In this document: one piece after another, positions 51,404-60,541 of the stretch
How the letters are laid out: each line of letters opens with the position of its first letter
Position numbering within the stretch: position 1 is the stretch's first letter
From: Clostridia bacterium
Lineage (GTDB): Bacteria > Bacillota > Clostridia > Oscillospirales > CAG-272
DNA: 64,000 nucleotides
Direction: 5' to 3'
Assembly: GCA_017464805.1 (NCBI GenBank)
Contig: JAFTYE010000010.1
Span: 75,047-139,046 of the forward strand
Notes under the pieces: generated by a model
Database searches by the model: none
Seen by the model: the letters and a program-made list of their open reading frames with translations, nothing else
Told to the model about the DNA's origin: nothing
Made by a program: the position numbers and the translations under genes

Positions 51404-53439
51404 AGATCACCGTAGCGGAAAATGCAGGCTTCTGCTTTGGTGTCAAACGCGCCACCGACGCGGTCGAGGCCCTGCTTTCCTCGGGGGAGGGCGGACGCGT
51501 TTGCATCCTCGGCCATCTCATCCATAATCGCCTGTATAACGAATCGCTTGAAAAAAAAGGCGTTCTGCACGTCACCATCGAGGAAGCTGAGCGGCTCGCC
51601 AATGAAAAAGCTTTCGTTCCCCTCACCCTCGTTATTCGCACGCATGGTGTGTCGTGCGAGCAGGAGGCGCGCCTGCGCGCACTGGCGAAGAAGCACGAAC
51701 ACGTCCGCGTTCTCGATATGACCTGCCCCTTCGTCAAAAAGATCCATCGCATCGCCGACGAAAATACCGACAACGCAACCGTCTTTTTTCTGCTCGGCAC
51801 CGAAAATCACCCCGAGGTGCAGGGAATTTTAAGCTATGTGCGGGGCGAAAAATACCTGTTTAGAACCGCAAAAGAGCTGCAAGAGTTGCTCAAAACGGTT
51901 ATGGTCGCGGAAAAAACCGCCATTTTTGCCGCTCAAACGACTCAAAATTTGGAAGAGTGGAAAAAATCTCAAAAAATTATCGAAAAATACTGTACAAATG
52001 CCAAAAAATTTGATACAATATGTAGCGTGACCGAAAATCGGCAACAGGAGGCTCTACGCCTTGCCGCCCGCTCCGACCGCGTGATCGTGATCGGTGGACG
52101 GGACAGCTCCAATACCGCCAAGCTCTATGAGCTTTGCCGCGCCATATGCCCCCATACGCAGTGGGTGGAATCAAGCGCGGAGCTTGCAGCGGAACCGATC
52201 GCGGCCGATGAGATCATATCTATTACGGCGGGCGCTTCCACACCCGACGATATAATAAAGGAGGTATTTGAAACTATGAATCATGAAGTTAGTTTCGAAG
52301 AAATGCTGGAAGATTCACTCAAAACATTACATACAGGAGAAACCGTTCGTGGCATCGTCACCGCAATTTCGCAGGGCGAAATTTACGTTGACCTCGGTGC
52401 AAAGGTTACGGGTGTGATCACCCATGACCAGATAACCGATGATTCGAGTGCCAAGCTGTCCGAGCTGTTCCGCGTAGGCGACGAGGTTGAGGCCTTCGTT
52501 ATGCGCGTGTCCGACCGTGACGGTATGGCAAGCCTTTCGAAGAAGAGAATCGATGCCGATAAGAACTGGGCAGGCGTTGTCGCCTCCAAGGAAAATGGCG
52601 AGATCCTCGAGGGTAAGGTTACCAAGGTCATTAAGGGTGGCGTGATCATCCTGTATAACGGCGCGCAGGTATTTGTACCCGCATCCCACACGGGCGTACC
52701 GAAGGACGGCGATATCGCCACCCTCGTCGGCACTACCCAACGCTTCAAACTCATTGAGATCGACCCCCACCGCAAGAACAGCGCAAAGGGCTCCATCCGT
52801 GTCGTTTTGAGCGCAGAGCGCCGTGCAAAGGAGGAGGAGCTGTGGGCAACCCTCGAGGTTGGTCAGCACTTCACCGGTAAGGTCAAGAACCTCACCGCCT
52901 ATGGCGCATTCGTTGACCTCGGCGGCGTGGACGGTATGGTTCACAATACCGAGCTATCCTGGAAGCGTATCAAGAGCCCTGCCGATGTCGTATCCGTCGG
53001 TCAGGAGATTGAGGTCTACATCAAAGATCTCGATAAGGAAGCAAAGAGAATTTCCCTCGGCTACAAGACCGAGGAAATGGATCCCTGGTATCAGTTCCGC
53101 AAGCAGTTTGGCGAGGGCGACGAGGTAGATGCCAAGATCGTCAGCATGATGCCCTTCGGTGCGTTTGCCGAGGTGTTTGACGGCGTGGATGGTCTGATTC
53201 ACATCTCCCAGATTTCGCTCGATAAGATCGCCAAGCCCGAGGATGCTCTTTCCGTCGGCCAGATCGTACATGTGAAGATCACCGAGGTAGATGACGAGAA
53301 GCGCAAGATCAGCCTGTCCATCAAGGCTCTGCTCCTGGCAGAGAAGAAGGCTGCCGAGGCCGAGGCCGAGGCTGCCGCCGCCGCAGAGCAGGCAGCGATC
53401 GACGCCGAAATGGCTCCTTACATTGTCAAGAGCATCTAA
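51400..53439 (+). CDS. ispH: Bifunctional IspH (HMBPP reductase) / ribosomal protein S1-domain fusion
   Basis: 679 aa. N-terminal LytB/IspH (AGFCFGVKRA..., TCPFVKK, ICSVTENRQ), then four S1 repeats (GxV.....G..V). A known Clostridia-type fusion. Confidence 0.9.
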   Translation: MKITVAENAGFCFGVKRATDAVEALLSSGEGGRVCILGHLIHNRLYNESLEKKGVLHVTIEEAERLANEKAFVPLTLVIRTHGVSCEQEARLRALAKKHEHVRVLDMTCPFVKKIHRIADENTDNATVFFLLGTENHPEVQGILSYVRGEKYLFRTAKELQELLKTVMVAEKTAIFAAQTTQNLEEWKKSQKIIEKYCTNAKKFDTICSVTENRQQEALRLAARSDRVIVIGGRDSSNTAKLYELCRAICPHTQWVESSAELAAEPIAADEIISITAGASTPDDIIKEVFETMNHEVSFEEMLEDSLKTLHTGETVRGIVTAISQGEIYVDLGAKVTGVITHDQITDDSSAKLSELFRVGDEVEAFVMRVSDRDGMASLSKKRIDADKNWAGVVASKENGEILEGKVTKVIKGGVIILYNGAQVFVPASHTGVPKDGDIATLVGTTQRFKLIEIDPHRKNSAKGSIRVVLSAERRAKEEELWATLEVGQHFTGKVKNLTAYGAFVDLGGVDGMVHNTELSWKRIKSPADVVSVGQEIEVYIKDLDKEAKRISLGYKTEEMDPWYQFRKQFGEGDEVDAKIVSMMPFGAFAEVFDGVDGLIHISQISLDKIAKPEDALSVGQIVHVKITEVDDEKRKISLSIKALLLAEKKAAEAEAEAAAAAEQAAIDAEMAPYIVKSI

Positions 53440-53455
53440 ATCGAAAATAAAAAAA

Positions 53456-53481
53456 GCAACGGCTCGGCCGTTGCTTTTTTT
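53456..53481 (+). terminator. Intrinsic terminator
   Basis: GCAACGGC-TCG-GCCGTTGC followed by TTTTTTT, preceded by an A-run. Confidence 0.8.
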
Positions 53482-53499
53482 ATGCTTTTGTGGTATACT
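53471..53499 (+). promoter_or_regulatory. Promoter of dinB (overlaps the preceding terminator)
   Basis: TTGCTT (53471-53476), 17 nt, TATACT (53494-53499), with TGg extension. Confidence 0.5.
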
Positions 53500-53535
53500 G
53501 AATACAGAAGGCAAAGAAGGGAGGCGCATCGAAAA

Positions 53536-54834
53536 ATGGAAGAAAAAACAAAGCAGAGCGCGAAGCACATAGAAGATCGCGTGATCCTGCACTGCGACTG
53601 CAACAGCTTTTTCGCCTCCGTGGAAACGGTGCTGCATCCCGAATACCGTGGCGTTCCCATGGCGGTCTGTGGCAGCGAGGCAGATCGACACGGTATCGTC
53701 CTTGCCAAAAACGAGTTGGCAAAGGCCTATGGTATCGTTACGGCGGAGACCGTATGGTCGGCAAGGCAAAAATGTCCCAACCTCGTGATTGCCCCGCCGC
53801 ATCATGATGCCTATTTGGAATTTTCCCGCCGCATCAACCGCATCTATGACCGCTATACCGACCTCGTCGAGCCCTTTTCCGTGGATGAATCCTGGCTGGA
53901 CGTGACCGGCTCTCGTGCCCTGTTTGGGGACGGTCTTGCCATCGCGGAAGAGATCCGTCGCGCCGTGAAGAAGGAGATCGGGGTCACGGTTTCCATCGGC
54001 GTTTCCTTCAACAAAATGTTCGCCAAGATGGGAAGTGACTACAAAAAGCCGGATGCAATAACTGCAATTTCTCGAGATAATTTCGAGCAGATCATATATC
54101 CGCTTCCTGTGGAGAGCATGATGTTTATCGGTCCGCATACCGCTGCCGCTCTCCATGCCTGCAACATCCATACCCTTGGAAATCTCGCGCAGACATCCCG
54201 TGCTTTCCTGTCCTCCCGCTTTGGAAAAATGGGGGACATGATCTATCGTTACGTCCACGGTGAGGATGACAGTCCCGTCCTCTCTCGTGAGGAACGTGCG
54301 GATCCCAAAAGCGTGGGCAACGGCATGACCTTCCGTCGCGATCTCGAGAGTGCGGAGGAGATTCGCGTAGGTCTTTCCGCTCTTTCGGAGGAGATCGCCG
54401 CGCGACTGCGTGCCCTCGGTAAAAAGGCAACGACCCTATCCGTGTCCATCAAGGACACGATGCTCGGAACCGTCTCCCGTCAGCGTCCGCTTTCAAAGCC
54501 GAGTGCCCTTGCGCGGGAGCTGTCGGAGAGTGCGTTTGCCATTGTGCTCGATGCCTGGAGAATCGGTCGCCCTATTCGCGCCCTGACCGTCACTGCCATG
54601 AACCTTGTGGGAGCAAACGAGGGAGGGGAACAGCTTTCCTTGTTTGACGAAGGGAGGAGCGAGCGGCGCGAGCGCACGGAACGCCTCGAGGATGCGGTGG
54701 ACGGGATCCGTCGCCGCTTTGGGAAATCCTCCATTTCTTCGGGCGCGATCCTTTCGAACGATTTTGGACTTGCCCCGCGCAAAAACAGCTCCGCAAATGA
54801 CGAGAAATCCAAAAAATCGCAAAAAAACCGCTGA
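53536..54834 (+). CDS. dinB: DNA polymerase IV (Y-family)
   Basis: ATG 53536 after GAAGGGAGG. ILHCDCNSFFASVE, SVDESWLDVTG and SIGVSFNKMFAKM. Confidence 0.92.
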   Translation: MEEKTKQSAKHIEDRVILHCDCNSFFASVETVLHPEYRGVPMAVCGSEADRHGIVLAKNELAKAYGIVTAETVWSARQKCPNLVIAPPHHDAYLEFSRRINRIYDRYTDLVEPFSVDESWLDVTGSRALFGDGLAIAEEIRRAVKKEIGVTVSIGVSFNKMFAKMGSDYKKPDAITAISRDNFEQIIYPLPVESMMFIGPHTAAALHACNIHTLGNLAQTSRAFLSSRFGKMGDMIYRYVHGEDDSPVLSREERADPKSVGNGMTFRRDLESAEEIRVGLSALSEEIAARLRALGKKATTLSVSIKDTMLGTVSRQRPLSKPSALARELSESAFAIVLDAWRIGRPIRALTVTAMNLVGANEGGEQLSLFDEGRSERRERTERLEDAVDGIRRRFGKSSISSGAILSNDFGLAPRKNSSANDEKSKKSQKNR

Positions 54835-54862
54835 AAAATCCCCGAATATTCGCAAAAAAACA

Positions 54863-54891
54863 TTGCAAACCGTATAAAGGTATGGTATACT
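54863..54891 (+). promoter_or_regulatory. Promoter of cdaA operon
   Basis: TTGCAA (54863-54868), 17 nt, TATACT (54886-54891), with TGg extension. Confidence 0.55.
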
Positions 54892-54953
54892 AAAATAAAT
54901 TAGTATGATATTTGCGCAAAATCCCCCTATTTTCATGATAACGGTGATGATAC

Positions 54954-55763
54954 ATGAATTTTTTTGCAAGCTTTGAAGATCTTTACAATTTCCTTCGCGT
55001 CCAGTTCACCATGATCCGGCTGACGGACGTGATCGATATACTCATTCTTGCCGTTCTTCTCTACGCCGCCTATCGCTTTATCAGCGAGCGTCGCGCGGGA
55101 AAGCTGACGATCGGCATTTTGTTCGTTGCCGCCGTTATGGTCATCAGCGGGCTTGTCAATTTTCACGCCCTGCGTTTCTTGCTCGGCAACATCTTCCAGG
55201 CCGGTATGATCGCTATCATCATCCTCTTCCAGCCCGAGCTTCGCGGTGCACTTGAGAAGGTGGGCGAGGAGCCGCTGCGCGGCTTCAAGGGCCTTGGTGA
55301 GCAACGCTCGCTTGCCAGCCGCGCGGAGATGATCGATTCGCTTTGCGAGGCGGTTTCTGATATGGCGCGTACCAAAACGGGCGCGCTCATCGTCATGGAA
55401 CGATCGACCAAACTTGGTGATATCATCCGCTCGGGTGTGGAGCTGGATGCCAAGGTGTCCGCTTATCTCATCCGTAACATCTTTTACAACAAGGCGCCTC
55501 TTCACGACGGTGCCATGATCATTCGCAACGGCCGTGTCTGCGCCGCCAGTTGCTTCTTGCCCTTGACCGAGCGTCCGATCAACCAGGATCTTGGCACGCG
55601 TCACCGCGCCGCCCTCGGTATGAGTGAGATCAGCGACGCGCTGGTCATCGTCGTATCCGAGGAAACGGGTACGATCTCCATCGCCTTTGACGGAGAGCTG
55701 AAGCGCAACCAGAACTATCAAACGCTCAAGCAAACGCTCACCGAGCTTTGCGTCCGTAAGTGA
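54954..55763 (+). CDS. cdaA: Diadenylate cyclase CdaA (DacA)
   Basis: 269 aa. 3 N-terminal TM helices. DAC domain with TGALIVMER, HDGAMII and GTRHRAALGMSE. Confidence 0.93.
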   Translation: MNFFASFEDLYNFLRVQFTMIRLTDVIDILILAVLLYAAYRFISERRAGKLTIGILFVAAVMVISGLVNFHALRFLLGNIFQAGMIAIIILFQPELRGALEKVGEEPLRGFKGLGEQRSLASRAEMIDSLCEAVSDMARTKTGALIVMERSTKLGDIIRSGVELDAKVSAYLIRNIFYNKAPLHDGAMIIRNGRVCAASCFLPLTERPINQDLGTRHRAALGMSEISDALVIVVSEETGTISIAFDGELKRNQNYQTLKQTLTELCVRK

Positions 55764-55776
55764 GGAGGGGAGAGGC

Positions 55777-56187
55777 ATGAAAAACAAAGAATTTTCCGCA
55801 CACCGTCCCCAGCACATCGTGGCCAAGATCGTTTGCCTGCTTCTTGCCGTCATTATCTGGCTTTACGTCATGTACGTAGAGGCGCCTCTTTACGAGCAGG
55901 TTTTTGAGGACGTTGTCGTAACGGTCAAGGCGAGCGAGGGAACACCCTGGCAGATCGACGATCCTACCATTTCCGTCCGCGTGCGCGGCACAAAAATGGA
56001 GCTGGCAACGTATAACGCCGAGAACGTGGTGGCGTATATTCTGCCCTCTGATTATCCGGATGCCCAACCTCTTGACTCCACGGGCTTTTACGCCTTTCCC
56101 GTGCGTTTTCAGCTTCCCGGTGCCCTGTCTGTAAAGGGGGATTACACCATCACGGTCCGCAATTTGAAAGAGGCTCCCTTGTCATGA
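55777..56187 (+). CDS. Short CdaR-like (single YbbR-type domain) membrane protein
   Basis: 136 aa with an N-terminal TM. Immediately downstream of cdaA. Much shorter than typical multi-YbbR CdaR. Confidence 0.6.
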   Translation: MKNKEFSAHRPQHIVAKIVCLLLAVIIWLYVMYVEAPLYEQVFEDVVVTVKASEGTPWQIDDPTISVRVRGTKMELATYNAENVVAYILPSDYPDAQPLDSTGFYAFPVRFQLPGALSVKGDYTITVRNLKEAPLS

Positions 56188-57791
56188 GTCAAAGAACGCT
56201 TCTTGTCCCTTCCATCACCCTGCCGCTTGAGGCAGGGGAGCGTGAAGCCATTGCCGTAGCCCAATCACGGCTTCGCCGCTACGGTGTTCGTTCTTCAACC
56301 TACATCTATCGCATTTATCGCCGTTCAGTGGATGCGCGGAAGCGTGAGGATATCCGCTTCGTGTACTCCGTTGCCGTGAGCGGCGATTTTTCTGTTTCGG
56401 AGCTTTCGCATCTTGCCTCGCTCGGCATCACTCCTCTGCCCGATGATGGTGTGGAGGTCACACGCGGCACGGATACGCTCCGCGCGCGTCCCATCGTGGT
56501 CGGGACCGGCCCGGCGGGTCTGTTTGCCGCCATGATCCTTGCCGAAAATGGCTACCGCCCCCTCGTCCTCGAGCGCGGCGGCACCGTTGCGGAGCGTGTC
56601 CGCGCGGCCGAAATCTTCGTCCGTAACCGTGTTCTTGACCCCAACGTCAATATCCAGTTTGGCGCGGGCGGTGCGGGCACCTTTTCGGACGGCAAGCTGA
56701 TTACGCGGGTGAACGATCCCCGCTGCTCCTATGTCCTTTCCCGGCTTGCCGAGTTTGGCGCACCTGCCGACATTACCGTGCAGGCCAAGCCCCATATCGG
56801 TACCGACTACCTACGTACCGTCGTTTCCCGCATGTTGGCCTATATCGAGGAAAAGGGCGGGGAAGTACGCTACCACGCTACTCTGACTGATCTGCGCCTT
56901 GGTGCGGACGGCGTACAAGCCGCCTGCGTGGGCGGCGAGTGGATCCCCTGCGGGGCGTTGATCCTTGCCATCGGCCATAGTGCGCGCGACACCTACGCTA
57001 TGCTCCTTTCGCACGGCATTGCCATTGAACCGAAGCCTTTTTCGGTCGGACTGCGGATCGAGCATCTGCAAGAGGACATCGACCGCGCTCTGTACGGCAA
57101 ATTTGCGGGTCACCCAGCCCTCGGACACGCCGAGTATACGCTCTCCGACCGCACGGGCGGTCGCGGTGTCTACACCTTCTGTATGTGCCCGGGCGGTGAG
57201 GTCGTTGCTGCCGCAAGCGAAACGGGCGGCGTGGTGGTCAACGGCATGAGTGCCCGCGCGCGCAACGGCAAAAACGCCAATGCCGCCGTTGCCGTATCCG
57301 TTGACGTTGCCGATTACGGGGGAACCCCCGAGTGCGCCATCGCCTTTCAACGCTCGATCGAGCAGGCCGCCTTCGCGGTTGGCGGCGCGGACTATTCCGC
57401 CCCCGCCTGCCTGCTAGGGGATTTCCTTGCCGGCAAAGAGGGAACAGCTCCCTCCCGCATCCTGCCCTCCTACATGAACGGCGGTGTTCGCCTTGTATCT
57501 CCCGATCACTATCTGCCACCATTTATCACTGATTCCTTGCGGTATTCCTTGCCTCTTTTCGAAAAACGCATCCGTGGCTATGCCACCCCGGACGCCGTCC
57601 TGACAGGTCCCGAGACTCGCACCTCCGCCCCCGTTCGCATCCTGCGGAACGAGGCGCGCGTGTCCCCCTCGGTCACAAACCTTTACCCCTGCGGGGAGGG
57701 CGCAGGCTACGCAGGCGGCATCACCTCTGCCGCCCTTGATGGCATTCATACCGCGCTCGCTCTGTGCGCGCGCTTCGCCCCCATATCTTGA
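56184..57791 (+). CDS. FAD-dependent dehydrogenase (COG2509-like)
   Basis: 535 aa. VVGTGPAGLFAA dinucleotide fold and a C-terminal GEGAGYAGGITSAALDG motif. Confidence 0.8.
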   Translation: MSQRTLLVPSITLPLEAGEREAIAVAQSRLRRYGVRSSTYIYRIYRRSVDARKREDIRFVYSVAVSGDFSVSELSHLASLGITPLPDDGVEVTRGTDTLRARPIVVGTGPAGLFAAMILAENGYRPLVLERGGTVAERVRAAEIFVRNRVLDPNVNIQFGAGGAGTFSDGKLITRVNDPRCSYVLSRLAEFGAPADITVQAKPHIGTDYLRTVVSRMLAYIEEKGGEVRYHATLTDLRLGADGVQAACVGGEWIPCGALILAIGHSARDTYAMLLSHGIAIEPKPFSVGLRIEHLQEDIDRALYGKFAGHPALGHAEYTLSDRTGGRGVYTFCMCPGGEVVAAASETGGVVVNGMSARARNGKNANAAVAVSVDVADYGGTPECAIAFQRSIEQAAFAVGGADYSAPACLLGDFLAGKEGTAPSRILPSYMNGGVRLVSPDHYLPPFITDSLRYSLPLFEKRIRGYATPDAVLTGPETRTSAPVRILRNEARVSPSVTNLYPCGEGAGYAGGITSAALDGIHTALALCARFAPIS

Positions 57792-57810
57792 TTTTTGACA
57801 GGAGAGAGCC

Positions 57811-58272
57811 ATGAAGCAGATCGGCATCGTCGAAAAAACCGAAAACGGCCGCGCCACCGTGTCGGTCGCTCGCGCTTCTGCGTGCGGGGGATGCCACCGT
57901 TATGCCGAGGGCTGCTCTGCCTGCTCTCTGCTCGGCGGGGATAACCGCCACACCGCCACCGCCGCTAACCCCATCGGGGCGACGGTGGGCGATCATGTGG
58001 AGCTGGAGGCGGACGACCGCCGCATCCTTACCTACGCTGCGCTTGTTTTTGTATTTCCTTTGGTGGCGGCCTTTGTCGCCTACCTTATCGGTACGGCCCT
58101 CCTTGGGGAGGGGATCCCTGCGCTTCTTTGCACCGCAGGCGGCTTCGTTCTTTCGTTTGCCGCTGTGTTTTTGGTGTCCTTGTCCCTGTCTAAAAAAACG
58201 CCTGCCGTGACCATCGTAAACGTGATTAAACATAGGGAAGAGGAGGACTCCGCGTTCCCCTCGAACGAGTAA
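57811..58272 (+). CDS. RseC/MucC-family (SoxR-reducing system) membrane protein
   Basis: 153 aa. N-terminal OB-like part with CGGC...C..C cysteines, then 2 TM helices. Confidence 0.75.
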   Translation: MKQIGIVEKTENGRATVSVARASACGGCHRYAEGCSACSLLGGDNRHTATAANPIGATVGDHVELEADDRRILTYAALVFVFPLVAAFVAYLIGTALLGEGIPALLCTAGGFVLSFAAVFLVSLSLSKKTPAVTIVNVIKHREEEDSAFPSNE

Positions 58273-58276
58273 ATAT

Positions 58277-60481
58277 ATGCTTATGCTGAAAAAATCAAAA
58301 GAACCGTCGAAAGAAAAAAAGTGGATTCTCCACGAAACGGACGACGAGCGTACCCGCACCGATGCAGCGCGACTTGGCCAAGAGCTGGGGGTCAGCCCCG
58401 TCCTTGCTCGTCTGCTTTGCTGCCGCGATTACCGCGACCCCGAGGCGGCACGCTCCTTCATCCGCATGGAAAGTGAGCTACTTCATAATCCCTTCCACAT
58501 GAAGGATGTGGAGAAGGCCATCAACCGCATCCGTCGCGCCATCCGTCTGCACGAAAAGATCACCATCTACGGAGACTACGATGTGGACGGCGTGACCGCC
58601 GTTTGCACGCTCTATCTCTACCTCAAGCGTCGAGGCGCGGACGTGGACTACTACATCCCCAACCGCATTGGCGAGGGCTACGGTGTGTCCCGTATCGCCA
58701 TCGACAATCTGGCCGCTGCCGGCACCGCCCTGATTGTTACCGTGGATACGGGCATCACCGCCGTTTCGGAGATCGCTTACGCCAAGAGTCTTGGCATAGA
58801 TGTGGTGGTCACCGATCACCATGAGTGTCAGAGCAAGCTGCCAAAGGCGGATGCCGTCGTCAATCCTCATCGCCCCGATTGCCCCTATCCCTTTAAGGAG
58901 CTGGCAGGAGTGGGCGTGGTCTTCAAGCTGATCTGCGCCTACGAGGAGAGTGAAACAGGCGACCGCCGTTCGGTCTGTGTGCGCCGTATGTGTGAGGAAT
59001 ATGCGGATCTGGTTGCCATCGGCACCATCGCCGACGTTATGCCCATCCGCGATGAAAACCGCTTGATCGTCAGCTTCGGCCTGCACCGTATGGAAAGTGC
59101 GCGCCGCCCCGGGCTCCTTGCTCTGATGGAGGCGGGGGCCGTTCGCCCCGATGGGCGCGCTGAAAAAAGCAGAGATAAACGTCAGCAGAAGATTACCTCC
59201 GGCTATATCGGCTATACCCTCGCCCCCCGCATCAATGCCGCAGGACGTATCCGTTCCGCCGCGCGCGCCGTGGAGCTGTTCCTTGCACGGGATCAGAAGG
59301 AGGCCGAGCCAATCGCGCGCGAGCTTTGCGAGGCAAACCGTGAACGCCAGGAGGAGGAGAATCGCATCGCGGAGGAGGCCTACCGCCGTATCGAAAGCGA
59401 TGCCACCCTGGCGGGTGATCCGGTCCTTGTGATCGAAAACGACCATTGGCACCACGGTGTGATCGGGATCGTGTCCTCTCGCATCACCGAGCGGTATGGA
59501 CTGCCCTCCATTCTCGTTTCCTTCGAGGGGTGCGACTCCGATATGCACCTTGACAGCGACGTTGGTAAGGGCTCCGGCCGAAGCGTCAAGGGAATGAATT
59601 TGGTTGACGCGCTCGTTCATTGCAGTGACCACCTTGTCAAATTCGGGGGTCACGAGCTGGCCGCGGGACTCAGTGTCACGCGCGGCGAGCTGTCCGCCTT
59701 TCGCGAAAAGATCAACGAATACGCCCGCGAGCATCTCTCGGACGAGGCCCTTATTCCCACCGTGGAGGCCGATTGCGTGTTGCGGTGCGAGGATATTTCC
59801 ATGACTCTGGCAGAGGAGCTTCGCATCCTCGAGCCTTACGGTACGGGCAACCCCGTTCCCGCCTTTGTGTTGCGGGATGCGCGGATCTTTGAGTCGGTTC
59901 CAATCAGCGGCGGTAAGCATACCCGCCTCGTCCTCGGAGACGGCAAGCACACCTTCACGGCCATGTGCTTTTCGCGCAGTCAAGCACAGATGAATCTGTT
60001 CATCGGGGACTCCGTGGACGTGCTTTTCAATCTCGACATCAACGAATATAATGGCAGAAGAAGCGTTCAGCTCATTGTGCGGGACATTCGCCTTTGTGAG
60101 CAGGCACGCCGTGCCGACCTCGATGAACGCGCCCGCTTTGCCGAGATCTGGGCCGGCGGTAGCTTTACCGCCGAGGAAAACATTCTCCCCGCACGGGAGG
60201 ATTTTGCAGCCGTCTACAACCTCGTCTGCCGTAATGTCCGCGCGGGCTGTGACACCCTCTCCCATCGCGCCCTGCTTGTCAAGCTGCAGGCGGCAGGGAA
60301 GGGAGACATCGGGTATATCAAGCTAAAGATCATCATCCGCGTCCTCCAGGAGCTTAATCTCATGGGTATTGAGGAGGTCGGCGACGAAAACTATTGCTTC
60401 GCCGTTCATTTCTCGGATAAAAAGACCGATCTGGAAAAATCGACCTGGCTTCATCGTCTGCGTTCGCAGATGCAACGATAA
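58277..60481 (+). CDS. recJ: Single-stranded-DNA-specific exonuclease RecJ
   Basis: 734 aa. DHH motifs (IYGDYDVDGVT, VTVDTG, VVTDHH), DHHA1 (GGHELAAG) and a C-terminal OB region. Confidence 0.95.
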   Translation: MLMLKKSKEPSKEKKWILHETDDERTRTDAARLGQELGVSPVLARLLCCRDYRDPEAARSFIRMESELLHNPFHMKDVEKAINRIRRAIRLHEKITIYGDYDVDGVTAVCTLYLYLKRRGADVDYYIPNRIGEGYGVSRIAIDNLAAAGTALIVTVDTGITAVSEIAYAKSLGIDVVVTDHHECQSKLPKADAVVNPHRPDCPYPFKELAGVGVVFKLICAYEESETGDRRSVCVRRMCEEYADLVAIGTIADVMPIRDENRLIVSFGLHRMESARRPGLLALMEAGAVRPDGRAEKSRDKRQQKITSGYIGYTLAPRINAAGRIRSAARAVELFLARDQKEAEPIARELCEANRERQEEENRIAEEAYRRIESDATLAGDPVLVIENDHWHHGVIGIVSSRITERYGLPSILVSFEGCDSDMHLDSDVGKGSGRSVKGMNLVDALVHCSDHLVKFGGHELAAGLSVTRGELSAFREKINEYAREHLSDEALIPTVEADCVLRCEDISMTLAEELRILEPYGTGNPVPAFVLRDARIFESVPISGGKHTRLVLGDGKHTFTAMCFSRSQAQMNLFIGDSVDVLFNLDINEYNGRRSVQLIVRDIRLCEQARRADLDERARFAEIWAGGSFTAEENILPAREDFAAVYNLVCRNVRAGCDTLSHRALLVKLQAAGKGDIGYIKLKIIIRVLQELNLMGIEEVGDENYCFAVHFSDKKTDLEKSTWLHRLRSQMQR

Positions 60482-60541
60482 AAATAACAACAATGGATAA
60501 TTACCGTGGGGCGGCAATCGTTGCCCCGAAAGGAGATTACC

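Noticed and set aside
54817-54861. An identical 12-mer, TCGCAAAAAAAC, repeated 33 nt apart at the dinB 3' end and the cdaA upstream region.
   Set aside because: It is A-rich and low-complexity, occurs only twice, and has no dyad symmetry or clear relation to the promoter. It is likely a chance or slippage product.
58478-60265. Long antisense ORFs of 250-595 aa. They lie opposite recJ (58478-60265), relA (61262-62749), ispH/dinB (52954-54258), the PfkB kinase gene (30434-31507), serS (35389-36528), moxR (24509-25603), the permease (46659-47645), the DUF4091 gene (9224-10195), and the RluA and DUF3810 genes (41021-43071).
   Set aside because: Each one mirrors a gene with clear family motifs on the other strand. 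All lack an RBS and give Arg/Gly/His-rich nonsense translations. I treat them as GC-driven artefacts.
60508-60527. The hairpin GGGGCGGCAATCGTTGCCCC between recJ and relA.
   Set aside because: It has 8 bp with two G-U pairs and no U-tract, and it directly precedes the relA RBS. It may be a weak stabiliser or processing site, but the evidence is too thin to call it a terminator or regulator.
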